64,000 bases of DNA from Nitrososphaerota archaeon (GCA_016201435.1 JACQCT010000037.1:14908-78907), one strand, 5' to 3'. Counted from the first letter of the stretch, positions 36,764-46,867 are shown. Translations and numbers: made by a program. Notes: generated by a model from the sequence alone, not told the origin.

Positions 36764-37636
36764 TTATTTTGAAGTAATGCCTATGTTTTCACCAAGGTCC
36801 GCAGATTTGTTTGTACCATTTGTAGTAGTTTGATTTACATTTGGCATTGTAGCATTTTCTTTTTCAACTAATGTTAACGCCTCTGGTCCTGTTTGAGGGG
36901 AGAAAGTGCTATTTGTGGCGTTAAATTTTGGAGAGATTGCTGCAGATGCATTGTTATTATTCATAGATGCACTAGTGTTAGTAACAGGAGAAACGTTGGG
37001 CATAGTCACTAATGGTGTAGGTGTCACAGGTTGAGCACTAACCTCACCAACAGATGAACTAGAACCTAATACCATCTTCAAATTATCTGCATATGATGAA
37101 CTCATAATTATTACACGAATATCTGGATCTTTATTTTCTTCTTGTTGTTTTTGTTCGTCTGCGGTAGCATTAACAAGAGAATCATCGTGTTTATTCAGGG
37201 CTAATTTTGCACCAACAGGCATTGCATTATTAAAGAAAATGACGTTGTAACCTTGGTTTGGGGTAAAAGCAGATATTTCTGCATGTGCCACCAAATCCAC
37301 ATTACTGTCACGAGAGTTTCCAAAGAGAAGGGTTTGGAATCCATCGGCATTTTGTTGATACTGGTCTTGAAGTTTTTTTGTATCATTAATAGAATCAGTA
37401 TGATCAAGCAACCTTAATTTTGAACCTACAGGCGCACTATAATCAAAAGAGACAATGTTGTAACCATGTTTTGGGGTCATGGCATCAATTTCTTGTCCAG
37501 CCATAAGTTCAGTACCAAAATGATAGTTACTTCCTATTGCCCAAGCAATCAAACCAATGACAGTAAGTGAGACAGAGATTACAATCATAGAATACCCTAC
37601 TTTTCGATAATTGTGAGGCTCTTTCATGTGCTTCAA
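36764..37636 (-). CDS. membrane-anchored extracellular protein with internal tandem duplication
   Basis: N-terminal TM helix; two ~39-aa repeats (AMTPKHGYNIVSFDYSAPVGSKLRLLDHTDS / AFTPNQGYNVIFFNNAMPVGAKLALNKHDDS); S/T/N-rich tail. Confidence 0.55.
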   Translation of the reverse strand: MKHMKEPHNYRKVGYSMIVISVSLTVIGLIAWAIGSNYHFGTELMAGQEIDAMTPKHGYNIVSFDYSAPVGSKLRLLDHTDSINDTKKLQDQYQQNADGFQTLLFGNSRDSNVDLVAHAEISAFTPNQGYNVIFFNNAMPVGAKLALNKHDDSLVNATADEQKQQEENKDPDIRVIIMSSSYADNLKMVLGSSSSVGEVSAQPVTPTPLVTMPNVSPVTNTSASMNNNNASAAISPKFNATNSTFSPQTGPEALTLVEKENATMPNVNQTTTNGTNKSADLGENIGITSK

Positions 37637-37735
37637 AAAAATGTCAGCCTGAATTTAATCTTTTATTAAATGCCTTCCAACTAGTAATTTAACATCATTT
37701 TTAAATAAATTATAAAATCTAATTGAGGATTTAGA

Positions 37736-37981
37736 TCATGCGTCGACTTTACGTTCAACTTTGAAGATTTGCAGTGTAAGCAAATCAATTGCCTTTTTTA
37801 GATGTTCAAATTCATTAAAGGAGTGTAGTTGGTTTTCAACAAGTATCTTCAAAACACCAATAAGTGATTTTTGAAAATTGTCAGCTGCTGAAACTTCAAG
37901 AGCATTCAATTTTGATATCAATACATCCAAATCTTTTTGGGCTGGATGATGTCTTTTTTCCATATAGATTATTTTAATCAC
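37736..37981 (-). CDS. hypothetical helical protein
   Basis: 81-aa ORF. Confidence 0.35.
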   Translation of the reverse strand: MIKIIYMEKRHHPAQKDLDVLISKLNALEVSAADNFQKSLIGVLKILVENQLHSFNEFEHLKKAIDLLTLQIFKVERKVDA

Positions 37982-38099
37982 AGTATAATATAGCCTATGT
38001 ATGGAATTTACCCATGAAAAATTATTTCATCAAATCTATCATATCAATGACAAACTGTGTAAAATCTGATACTATTTTATTCTAATCGGAATGTTATTT

Positions 38100-38708
38100 T
38101 CAGGTTAGTGACGATTGCCACTTTATAATCTGCAAGGCATCAGTAATAGTACTTTGTATTGCAGCATGTCTATAATCATAAGCTTTTACAATAATATTTG
38201 AAGTATCCATTGATGCTTGTGGCGTTATCTTAAATGTCAGATACATAAAGTGGCCTTGCGAGGATGTACTTACTGTAACTGACTTGAATAATTTGTTAGG
38301 ATCATTTATTGTTAGACCAGTGCCTTTGTCATATGCTATCGATTCGCCATTTGAGTAAACTGTAGGATCGTTACTATTGGTTATGTATAATGCAACATGT
38401 TCTAGATATTGTACACCATCAGTGTGAAAAACCTTCAATGTAATTGTTGAGGGCACATTAACATACAATGTTTCAGTAGTAGGTGCACTTTGGCTAAATT
38501 TGGATATATCAAAAGTATTACTATCTATTTTCATTCCGTCTGTATAGGTATAATCATAGACATGACCAAATGACGGACCATGTGTTATGCCATGTCCCCA
38601 AACTGCATAAGCATTGGAACTAGTTCCTACATATGATGAGAACAAGATCAGAAATATGGCAGCACTTGAAATTTTTAGAATTGTTTTATTCATTCCCTTA
38701 GAATTCAT
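38100..38708 (-). CDS. secreted/membrane-anchored hypothetical protein
   Basis: Start placed at MNSKGMNKTILKISSAAIFLILF (signal-like). The track ORF extends to 38819 and would overlap the RidA-like gene. Confidence 0.5.
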   Translation of the reverse strand: MNSKGMNKTILKISSAAIFLILFSSYVGTSSNAYAVWGHGITHGPSFGHVYDYTYTDGMKIDSNTFDISKFSQSAPTTETLYVNVPSTITLKVFHTDGVQYLEHVALYITNSNDPTVYSNGESIAYDKGTGLTINDPNKLFKSVTVSTSSQGHFMYLTFKITPQASMDTSNIIVKAYDYRHAAIQSTITDALQIIKWQSSLT

Positions 38709-38783
38709 ACTCCCATGATGGGTTATATAAGATTTGATTTTTTTATGTAGCTTATGATGAACCCATAAAATTTGTAGGTACAA

Positions 38784-39293
38784 ATGTCCATATGTTATGA
38801 AGATAAAGTTAAAACACATACAGTAAAACCAGATTTTGTGATAGATGAAAAACTTGCTTCGCTGAATATCATTCTTCCAAGTCCTCCAAAACCCGCTGGC
38901 TCTTATGTTCCTGTTGTAGTCACAGGCAAACTTGTGTTTGTCTCAGGTCAAATTCCAATAAAAGACGGCAAGGTAGCATATTTTGGAAAGCTAACAAAAG
39001 ACGTTTCAATTGAGGAAGCACAGAAGGCTGCAAAACTTTGCATAATAAATGCACTTGCCCAGATTAAAAGCGAACTTGGAAGTTTGGATAAAATCTCAAA
39101 AATCATTCGAGTTTCTGGATTTGTTAACTCTACACCAGAATTTACTGAACAGCCAAAAGTAATTAACGCTGCCTCAGATTTGATTTTTGAAATATTTGGG
39201 GCAAAAGGACAACATAGTAGAATAGCTATAGGAGTTGCAAGCCTTCCCTTAAATTCTTGTGTAGAAATTGATGTAATAGCTGAGATGGTGTGA
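38784..39293 (+). CDS. RidA/YjgF-family (Rid) protein
   Basis: LPSPPKPAGSYVPVVVTGKLVFVSGQIP pattern. Confidence 0.7.
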   Translation: MSICYEDKVKTHTVKPDFVIDEKLASLNIILPSPPKPAGSYVPVVVTGKLVFVSGQIPIKDGKVAYFGKLTKDVSIEEAQKAAKLCIINALAQIKSELGSLDKISKIIRVSGFVNSTPEFTEQPKVINAASDLIFEIFGAKGQHSRIAIGVASLPLNSCVEIDVIAEMV

Positions 39294-39328
39294 GTTCTAA
39301 AAATAAATCAAGTTTTTTGATGTAATTG

Positions 39329-40309
39329 TTATGTTAATTTAGAATTAAATTTCTTTAAAAAATTGTTCATCTTTTCTTTTGGTATCACTGCACCACATGC
39401 CTTGTCGTGTCCTCCACCAGAGCCTCCAAGTTCACTTGCCAGTGCATTAACAATTCTTCCAAGATGAGCTTTAGATGATCTAGAACCCCTAACAGAGACA
39501 GCATAGATTCCGCGGTCTTCTCTTAGTTTGTAAGATACCCCCACATCTTTTCCTGACATGCCTAAAACAAAATTTACAACCATGGCTGCGCCAGAGTCAG
39601 TAACCTCCATGTATGCAAGATTTTTCATGGTTTTCATGTTATCTTTTACTTTTTGAATCACACCAGAAATTTTTTCTGCCTGTAAGCGAGCAAATTCAAA
39701 TGCGTTTGGAATATCATGCGGGTATTTTGCTTCACTTAATTCATCTACAAGATAAAGTAGGTATTCATCGTCTTTTTGGTGACTGGCAATGGTAAATGTA
39801 AGGACAGTTGCTTCAAGCAAAGCAAATTGCCTATCAAATTTTTGAAGAAGTTTTGAGCCCAATTGCCTATCTTCCATATAATCAGTTATTGCAGAACATG
39901 CAGCTATGAAAGCACTGTGATCTGTCAACTTTTTCTTAAATGCATCATATACCAGAACTGTGGTACATTCATTGATGTCATGAATCAGCTTAACTTTGAG
40001 TGATTTGATTTTCTTTTTTAGAGTTTCATCAAGATCATGATGATCAATATATGTAATTGAAACTCGTTTTTTTCTAAGCGCAGTTAATAACTCAACAAAT
40101 TGGTCCTGACTAGTTTTACTCAAGCCCACGTCACAAATATACAGAGTTTTCAGAGAATCGTTGCTTTTTAGTTGTTCAAGCTCAGTCATAAGACCGGGAT
40201 AGTCAACCAGCTTTGTCTCTCCACCAAACGCTTGCCTAATGAGTGAAGCCGCACCTATCCCGTCTGCATCTTCTTTATGAGAAACACATACGATCTTTGA
40301 TCTTGTCAT
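39329..40309 (-). CDS. DHH/DHHA1-family phosphoesterase (NrnA-like)
   Basis: DADGIGAA, IDHHD and GGGH motifs. Confidence 0.75.
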   Translation of the reverse strand: MTRSKIVCVSHKEDADGIGAASLIRQAFGGETKLVDYPGLMTELEQLKSNDSLKTLYICDVGLSKTSQDQFVELLTALRKKRVSITYIDHHDLDETLKKKIKSLKVKLIHDINECTTVLVYDAFKKKLTDHSAFIAACSAITDYMEDRQLGSKLLQKFDRQFALLEATVLTFTIASHQKDDEYLLYLVDELSEAKYPHDIPNAFEFARLQAEKISGVIQKVKDNMKTMKNLAYMEVTDSGAAMVVNFVLGMSGKDVGVSYKLREDRGIYAVSVRGSRSSKAHLGRIVNALASELGGSGGGHDKACGAVIPKEKMNNFLKKFNSKLT

Positions 40310-40352
40310 AGAATTATCAAGGCAGAATGACCCTCATTTAAACCAAAAATAT

Positions 40353-40580
40353 TCAAGCAGTTTTCTTTGCATTCATGAAAATTTTGAATCGAGACACAAG
40401 ATTTTGGTGTCCTGCTACATCTTGTAAAACAACGCAGTACATATCGTAAAACGTTATTCCAAGTAATCTTGCTTCCCTGTCAAGCTGACCTATTTCTTCT
40501 AGAACTTCTGGTTCCTTTGAAACCAGAACAAATTCATCAACAAGTTTTATGAAATTATCTTCCATTTCGGTCATTTTCAA
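40353..40580 (-). CDS. small acidic protein, paralogue family A
   Basis: 75 aa; aligns with 42484..42690 (LVDEFV..PEVLEE...DREA...G.TFYDM..VVL). Confidence 0.5.
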   Translation of the reverse strand: MKMTEMEDNFIKLVDEFVLVSKEPEVLEEIGQLDREARLLGITFYDMYCVVLQDVAGHQNLVSRFKIFMNAKKTA

Positions 40581-40711
40581 TCTTTTTTGAAAATTTGTGC
40601 TATATGGCGCAAAGTTGTCAGATTAGACAAACTGCTTAATTTTTGACTGCATATACTGTATGTAGCTTTTCTAAAAGACAAGTACATTTTAGCAAATTTC
40701 TCGTAACGAGA

Positions 40712-41023
40712 ATGGTGTTTCCTGATACAAACAAGGTAAAAAAAGCGCTTGTTAGTCTAGCCCTGGAAGAATCATTACTGGAAATAGGCGGAAGTAAATT
40801 ACTACATGAGGTTTTTAGGATATTATATGAGAAATTTCAGTCTTATTTGCCTGATTGCTATGATCATCCAGAATATCTAAGAGGCATATTTGCTGAGCTT
40901 GATAGTGGAACATGCGATGTTTTCTTAGAATCAATCAATGAGAAATTAGAGGAATTCTCTTATCAAAAACCAATAGGGGAATTTTTACTAAAAATAAGCA
41001 AAATAAAATGCAAAGTAGGTTAA
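40712..41023 (+). CDS. small protein, paralogue family B
   Basis: Start taken at the ATG at 40712 (track ORF from 40643); aligns along its length with 49892..50212. Confidence 0.5.
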   Translation: MVFPDTNKVKKALVSLALEESLLEIGGSKLLHEVFRILYEKFQSYLPDCYDHPEYLRGIFAELDSGTCDVFLESINEKLEEFSYQKPIGEFLLKISKIKCKVG

Positions 41024-41122
41024 GAAGATTTTAGGATCTGTTGTAAAGTTTGTATTTAGTTACGATGTACTATGTTGATTAGTATGGTATAATTTTAATA
41101 TGCATTTTTCGCAGTAATATTA

Positions 41123-42289
41123 GTGCAAACAAAAAACATCGGTCTTCGCAATATCGAGGTAGCTGATACAAAAATTTCTGCAATTGATGGCATAAACGGC
41201 AAGTTAATTTACAGAGGATATGACATTTTGGATCTAGTCAAAAAATCTACCTTTGAGGAAACTGCATGCATGTTACTCAATGATGACCTTCCATCAAAAA
41301 CAGTACTTTCTGAATTTAATGACAAACTTATCGCTTCACGTGAAGTCCCAGAAGGCTTGGAGAGGAATCTTGAGAATTTGCCAAAAACAGCAAGTCCCAT
41401 GGATGTTTTACAATCTTTTGTGGCAATACTTGCGTCATATGAGAATGAAAAATCAGATGACAGGCCTACAAATTATACCAGAGCCATTGATCTTATTTCC
41501 AAACTACCAATAATTGTAGCATGCTGGGACAGGATTCGCAATGGAAAAGAAATCGTTCAACCATCAAAAGATCTCAGTCACGCTGCTAATTTTCTTTACA
41601 TGCTCACAGGAAACATACCAGATAATGAATTTGCAAGAATTTTGGATATTTGTTTAATTTTACATGCTGAACATAGTTTTAATGCGTCTACTTTTGCGGC
41701 AAGAGAAGTAGCATCTACACGTGCTCATATGCATGCTGCAGTCAGTGCGGCCATTGGAGCGCTAAGTGGAGAATTGCACGGAGGAGCCAATTTTCAGGTA
41801 ATGAAGATGCTCTTAGATATTAAAACTGAAGACAATGTAGAGACATGGATTAAAGAAAAACTTGCTCATGGTAACAAAATAATGGGAATGGGTCATGCAG
41901 TATACAAAACATTTGATCCAAGGGCAGAAGTGCTCAGAGAATTATCAAGACGGTTATCTGAAAAAACAGGAGATCATTGGTATCAGATTACAAAAAAAGT
42001 TGAAGATGTTACAGAAGAAGAGATGAAGAAGGTAAAAGGATCAGATATTTTCCCAAATGTGGATCTTTATAGTGCATCAGCTTACTATATGCTAAAAATT
42101 CCAATGGATTTGAATACGCCAATTTTTGCAATCTCAAGAGTTGCCGGATGGACAGCTCATATCATTGAAGAAAAATTTGCAGAGGCGGCACCAAAACCAA
42201 TGCTTTACAGGCCAAAGGCAGTATATGTAGGAAAGTATTGTGGGCCGTCCGGATGCGAATATTTACCTCTGGAAAAAAGACAGCAATAA
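41123..42289 (+). CDS. gltA: citrate synthase
   Basis: GMGHAVYKTFDPRA and HAEHSFNAST motifs; GTG start. Confidence 0.95.
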   Translation: MQTKNIGLRNIEVADTKISAIDGINGKLIYRGYDILDLVKKSTFEETACMLLNDDLPSKTVLSEFNDKLIASREVPEGLERNLENLPKTASPMDVLQSFVAILASYENEKSDDRPTNYTRAIDLISKLPIIVACWDRIRNGKEIVQPSKDLSHAANFLYMLTGNIPDNEFARILDICLILHAEHSFNASTFAAREVASTRAHMHAAVSAAIGALSGELHGGANFQVMKMLLDIKTEDNVETWIKEKLAHGNKIMGMGHAVYKTFDPRAEVLRELSRRLSEKTGDHWYQITKKVEDVTEEEMKKVKGSDIFPNVDLYSASAYYMLKIPMDLNTPIFAISRVAGWTAHIIEEKFAEAAPKPMLYRPKAVYVGKYCGPSGCEYLPLEKRQQ

Positions 42290-42304
42290 AGGATTTAAAC
42301 AAAA

Positions 42305-42487
42305 ATGAAAATACCAATAGGCGTCATTATTGTAATAGGAGTTTTACTTTTGAGTATTTTTCTTTTTACAAATTTTCTTTTTCCTGATGTTATTTGCAAA
42401 GTAATTCCAAGATCAGATGTCAAAACAGCAGCAGGCCAATACAATCCTAATTTAATAAACGATATTTGTTTTGGAATTACACATTAG
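42305..42487 (+). CDS. small membrane protein
   Basis: 60 aa with one TM helix (IPIGVIIVIGVLLLSIFLF). Confidence 0.35.
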   Translation: MKIPIGVIIVIGVLLLSIFLFTNFLFPDVICKVIPRSDVKTAAGQYNPNLINDICFGITH

Positions 42488-42690
42488 TTTCTTGTAGATA
42501 GCCATTCTTTTGCTTTGATATCAATATCATATCTATGCAGTACATGAAACACCATCTCATAAAATGTGAGACCTCGCTTTTGTGCTTCACCATCTATCCA
42601 TTTCAAGCCTTCTGCAAGCTCTGGATCATATTCAGAAAACTCTACTAATTCATCCACCATATTAGTGAAGAAAGAGTTTGTCTCTAACAC
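42484..42690 (-). CDS. small acidic protein, paralogue family A
   Basis: 68 aa; paralogue of 40353..40580. Confidence 0.5.
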   Translation of the reverse strand: MLETNSFFTNMVDELVEFSEYDPELAEGLKWIDGEAQKRGLTFYEMVFHVLHRYDIDIKAKEWLSTRN

Positions 42691-42916
42691 GCCATCAAGT
42701 TTTCATTTTTATTATTCAGTGCTATATTCAAAATATATAGACAATCAACACCTTTTTGGTTGACATATGGATCATCTCTGTTATTTTGATGGCAATGAGA
42801 AAATGATCTTATGGGTCATTCAAGATGAGAAGACAAAATTTGAACAGACACGAGATCATGTTGAGAACTATTTAGATAAAATATCAAATGAACCATCACA
42901 AAACATTGCTACAAAG

Positions 42917-44206
42917 CTATTGTCTAGTTAACAATACACCAACATCCATAAGATTTGTGTGTGTAGGTCCAGTAAATATCAAGCCTTTATGCTTTTTAAA
43001 AAAATAATACGAATTGTTATTTTTTAGAAAATTGTGTATGTCAGTAAGTCTATTTTTTGAACTTTCTATGATTGCTCCACTGACATCAGTATTTCCATCT
43101 TTTCCATCAGTTCCACAAGATGCTATTACAACATTTTTCCTATTGTTTTGAATTTTGTCAAGCATAGATAGTACTAGCTCTTGATTTCTTCCTCCCTTTC
43201 CGTTTCCTATTACTTTTACAGTAGGTTCACCACCAAAAATAAGACAAGAGTGTTTTTTCATTGGAAATGATTTGAGTAGATTTTTTGATACAAGTGATAT
43301 ATTACCAGATACAGAACGCATTATACTTACAGCATATCCAAGTTGTCGTGCTCTTTCCACCATTGCATCAAGACAATCGTTGTTTGTAGCAATAGTGTAG
43401 TTCTTTATTTTTGAAGATTTTGGAGTCTCCGATATTTTATTATGAATCCCAAGATCTAATCTTTTTAGAACACTATGCGGCATGTGTTTTTTTAAACCAT
43501 ATTTTGTTAATATTTTATCTGCATCTTTGAAAGTAGTATCATCAAAATAGGTAGGTGCTGATGCTATATCTGACAAGTCATCACCAACAACATCAGACAT
43601 TACAAGTGATACTGCATCACATGAAAGATTTTCTGCCAGTTTTCCTCCTTTAATTTTAGAAAGATGTTTTCGCACACAGTTAATTTCTTGTATGTTTGCA
43701 CCTGATTTTAACAATAAACTAGTAGTAATTTTTTTGTCTAAAAGCGATATGCCGTCTGGTAATGAAAGAAGAGAGGAACCCCCTCCAGATATTAAAAATA
43801 TTATAAAATCAGATTGTTTTCTATTTTTTAAAAATTCTACAATTTGTTTTCCGGCATGAACACTCTGTTTATTTGGTATAGGATGGCCAGCATGATGAAT
43901 CTTGAATTTTTTATTTATTAATACAGACTTTGTGCCACACGGAATCACTACGATACCACCATTAATTCGAGTTAGCGAACAGATTGTTTTTGCCATAGAA
44001 TCGGCAGCCTTGCCAAATCCAACAACAAAAATTCTATCATGTTTTGAGAGCAAAATGGTCTTTTTACCTATGACAAGTTTGTCTCTTTTTACAATTTTTC
44101 TTAATGTATCACCAGGTAATGCTGCGTTGAGTCCTGCTTCTATAATGCCTAGCGTGTCTTTTTTTTCCCGGTTTGTTGCAAGTTCTTTAAAATTTTTTAT
44201 TATCAC
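42917..44206 (-). CDS. MOFRL-family glycerate 2-kinase / hydroxypyruvate reductase-like
   Basis: IFGGEPTVKVIGNGKGGRNQE hallmark and 429-aa length. Confidence 0.8.
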   Translation of the reverse strand: MIIKNFKELATNREKKDTLGIIEAGLNAALPGDTLRKIVKRDKLVIGKKTILLSKHDRIFVVGFGKAADSMAKTICSLTRINGGIVVIPCGTKSVLINKKFKIHHAGHPIPNKQSVHAGKQIVEFLKNRKQSDFIIFLISGGGSSLLSLPDGISLLDKKITTSLLLKSGANIQEINCVRKHLSKIKGGKLAENLSCDAVSLVMSDVVGDDLSDIASAPTYFDDTTFKDADKILTKYGLKKHMPHSVLKRLDLGIHNKISETPKSSKIKNYTIATNNDCLDAMVERARQLGYAVSIMRSVSGNISLVSKNLLKSFPMKKHSCLIFGGEPTVKVIGNGKGGRNQELVLSMLDKIQNNRKNVVIASCGTDGKDGNTDVSGAIIESSKNRLTDIHNFLKNNNSYYFFKKHKGLIFTGPTHTNLMDVGVLLTRQ

Positions 44207-44552
44207 AAGTTGGAATGATTAACAAACTTATGATTATTGTATCTTATGTAGTAAAAGTCCTAATTCTCGATGATAAAAAGTAAGTATAATAATAATTTAA
44301 CTTATGGAAAACGTAATTATAATGAAATAGCTATGAAATTTTTTCATCAAATAAATGCATTATAAAACTATCCTTTTAACAGATTCACTTCTGTCTGAAA
44401 TGTCTAAATTAATTATAAACAATTACAGTCCAGCTAAAATATAGTTATAATTTCTGAATCAGGATTTGAGTCCGATGGAGTCCGTGAAAACAGTTGTAGT
44501 GGGCACCACTCTAATTTTTTATTTTCAGTGACGACATTCTAGGCTTTTTTAA

Positions 44553-45647
44553 TTACGGTAATGTTTTGGCCCAACCACGTTCAATGAGTATTTGAGCAGT
44601 ATCCGGTCTTACACAAGCAGGAGAGCCATCTTCTGCTCTTATAATTAATTGAAAACTTTGTTTACATGTTACATCTTTTACTGCTATTCCTGACTTGAAT
44701 TGTTCAAGCGGAGGCATTGGATTGAGTAATGCATTTGGCTTGACAGAAAATTCAGTATAAGATGTACCTGTTGTATTACCATCATCCTCTTTTGTGGTTA
44801 TACCCATCGCATAGTTGCCTTCTTTTGGAGTAAACTCCCACTCTGCGGACGCTATCCATTCACATGGTTTGGATTTAGCGTGGATCTCTTGACTAAAAAC
44901 AGGCTCGGTACTTTGACCTACAATCTTTGCTATGCCAACTAGAACGTCAAAGCTTTTTCCAGAAAGTGTATTCATGTCTTTATAAGATATAAACTGGATT
45001 GGTTTGTTTGCTGTAAAATTACCATAATCAACTTTGATGCCATTTTGAATCACACTAAAATCACTGCCACGTTCAAGTCTTTTTTGGGTTAGAACATCTT
45101 TTCCCTCACAAAACTTTGGGATCTTGAAAGATTCTGGAGAATACATGTTAATTCCATCAAACTTTTCAATATAAAACAATACACGATCACCCACATTGAA
45201 TCCATCTAATCCACTAATCCGACCAATTGCGCCAATAGTCGGTTGTCTTACTGTTATTTTGCTTGAATTCTGTGGGTTTTTCAGAACTTCTTCTACATTT
45301 ACAGTGTATTCATCAAGATTTAAAGTGTAATTTTCTACAATGTTTTTATCAGTACCGTTTTCTTGTATAGTATATGAGGACTGTTTTTCAAATTTCAAAA
45401 CTTTCACAGATGTAATGTTTCCCACAAATATTACATCACTGTTTTCCAAAAGTTCTTGAGGAGATTGTGGGATCCATAATCCGTGAGCAATATTATCATA
45501 TGATAGCATTAGACTGGTAAATCCTAGAAAAATTAAGATTATAACATATTTCAATTCATTAACTGAGTTTGAGTGATTCATAAGTGTTAGGCACAAATAA
45601 TATTTGAGTCTTTTTTTTGCATGAATTGTTTTTTTGAATGAATGCAT
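44553..45647 (-). CDS. signal-anchored extracellular ORFan protein (364 aa; start possibly at 45581)
   Basis: Hydrophobic N-terminal segment YVIILIFLGFTSLML; C-terminal two-Cys module ...CKQSFQLIIRAEDGSPACVRPDTAQILIERGWA. Confidence 0.6.
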   Translation of the reverse strand: MHSFKKTIHAKKRLKYYLCLTLMNHSNSVNELKYVIILIFLGFTSLMLSYDNIAHGLWIPQSPQELLENSDVIFVGNITSVKVLKFEKQSSYTIQENGTDKNIVENYTLNLDEYTVNVEEVLKNPQNSSKITVRQPTIGAIGRISGLDGFNVGDRVLFYIEKFDGINMYSPESFKIPKFCEGKDVLTQKRLERGSDFSVIQNGIKVDYGNFTANKPIQFISYKDMNTLSGKSFDVLVGIAKIVGQSTEPVFSQEIHAKSKPCEWIASAEWEFTPKEGNYAMGITTKEDDGNTTGTSYTEFSVKPNALLNPMPPLEQFKSGIAVKDVTCKQSFQLIIRAEDGSPACVRPDTAQILIERGWAKTLP

Positions 45648-45683
45648 TATTTTATTAATAAAAAAGAGAGGGGGTTTGAAGTA

Positions 45684-46841
45684 TTAAGGTCCTTTCGCGC
45701 AGTGAGACTGGATGTTGGCTACATTATAAGTAAGGGTTCCAGCTTTAAGAGTTCCAGTTTCATAGCTAGCAATTGGAATTCCGCCAGGATAGCAGTTGTA
45801 TACCTGTGGCGTTTCAGTTTGCCAAAAGTCCCATACCCCTGTCGAAGTATTTCGTGCATAGCCAGCATATATTTTAGGATTCACATTGTTATACTCAGGA
45901 GCCCAGTTTTTGGATACTGTATTTGGATTTTCAAAGAACACGCTGGTATCCGCAGTATTGGTTGCAAAGGATGTACTTCCCGATACAGTGGTAGTATGTG
46001 TCCATGTTCCACCAGTCGATACATTGAGTCCATATATTACCCAGTGACCAGAAGAGTCTACTTGAATTTGGAAGTCTAGGTTATTTCCTATACTAGGACG
46101 TATTGTTGGTGTAGTGAACCACTGAGGATTGCATGATGTTGTCGTATCAGCCCAATCTAATTCTGGACCGCTGTCACCAAGCAATTCACCAGATTGTGCC
46201 CAATATGTTCCTGGAAATGCTGTAGGAACACATTCATTCCCAATTGTAGAGCCAAGCTTTAATGCATTTACTAACATGGCTGTCCATCCTCTACCAACTA
46301 TTGGAGTGAAATTTGGCGAGTTGAGATCCATACGAATTCCATTGATGGAGGGACCACCATACACATCAACTATGAGGCCATTACTTGGGAGAAGAGGTCC
46401 GACAATAGGACGCTCTTGTAAATCTAAGACATCATTAGTTGCACCGTCTACTAGTACAGTAAGTGACTTTCCATTCTCTGTATAGTGCATAATAATGTCC
46501 ACAACAGCATTGGGATTATTCTCCAATTCTATTAGATTTCCATAATGACTATATCCATCTAGCCTGAGCGATTCGCTTGTGGTCAGAGCCTGTACTCTTT
46601 TGTCGAGTTTGACTTGTCCATCGATTTTATCCAATTCAAATTTTGTCAACTCCTTTGTTAGTTGAGCTTTGTGTTTCTCAATTAGCCCAAGATATTGCTC
46701 TTTTGTGAATTTCGTCTTTTGTTCTGCAAAAACAACACCTAGATTACCTGCGCTAACAGGAATTATCATTGCAACAATAATTGTCGCAAAGAGGATTGTC
46801 TTTATCAGTTTTGCATTCATTAAAGTCATTGTTATTTCCAT
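45684..46841 (-). CDS. signal-anchored extracellular ORFan protein (385 aa)
   Basis: N-terminal TM/signal (KTILFATIIVAMIIPVSAG), helical linker, then a T/G/N/W-rich beta-type domain. Confidence 0.6.
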   Translation of the reverse strand: MEITMTLMNAKLIKTILFATIIVAMIIPVSAGNLGVVFAEQKTKFTKEQYLGLIEKHKAQLTKELTKFELDKIDGQVKLDKRVQALTTSESLRLDGYSHYGNLIELENNPNAVVDIIMHYTENGKSLTVLVDGATNDVLDLQERPIVGPLLPSNGLIVDVYGGPSINGIRMDLNSPNFTPIVGRGWTAMLVNALKLGSTIGNECVPTAFPGTYWAQSGELLGDSGPELDWADTTTSCNPQWFTTPTIRPSIGNNLDFQIQVDSSGHWVIYGLNVSTGGTWTHTTTVSGSTSFATNTADTSVFFENPNTVSKNWAPEYNNVNPKIYAGYARNTSTGVWDFWQTETPQVYNCYPGGIPIASYETGTLKAGTLTYNVANIQSHCAKGP

Positions 46842-46867
46842 TCTTGGAGTTTGCTAATAAGCCGCGC

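Noticed and set aside
38709-38819. N-terminal 37 codons of the track ORF 38100..38819
   Set aside because: This extension would overlap the RidA-like gene start. The internal ATG at 38708 gives a normal signal-peptide-like N-terminus, so the extension was dropped.
44207-44552. 345-nt spacer upstream of the glycerate kinase gene as a possible ncRNA (GAGTCCG direct repeat; AGTGG-GCA-CCACT hairpin)
   Set aside because: There are only short stems and a 7-nt repeat. This is consistent with an ordinary terminator-plus-promoter region, and nothing is distinctive enough to report.
45642-46485. Two plus-strand ORFs (145 aa and 118 aa)
   Set aside because: Both are antisense to the 385-aa exoprotein gene. 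That gene has the better start context, a signal-like N-terminus and the longer frame.
45684-46841. Possible glutamic (G1/eqolisin) peptidase identity for the 385-aa exoprotein
   Set aside because: I noticed a Gln (YWAQSGE) and a Glu (SVFFENPN) spaced roughly as I remember the catalytic dyad of scytalidoglutamic peptidase. This rests on memory of two short motifs and the upstream spacing does not fit. It is too weak to call without an HMM search (Peptidase_A4 profile).
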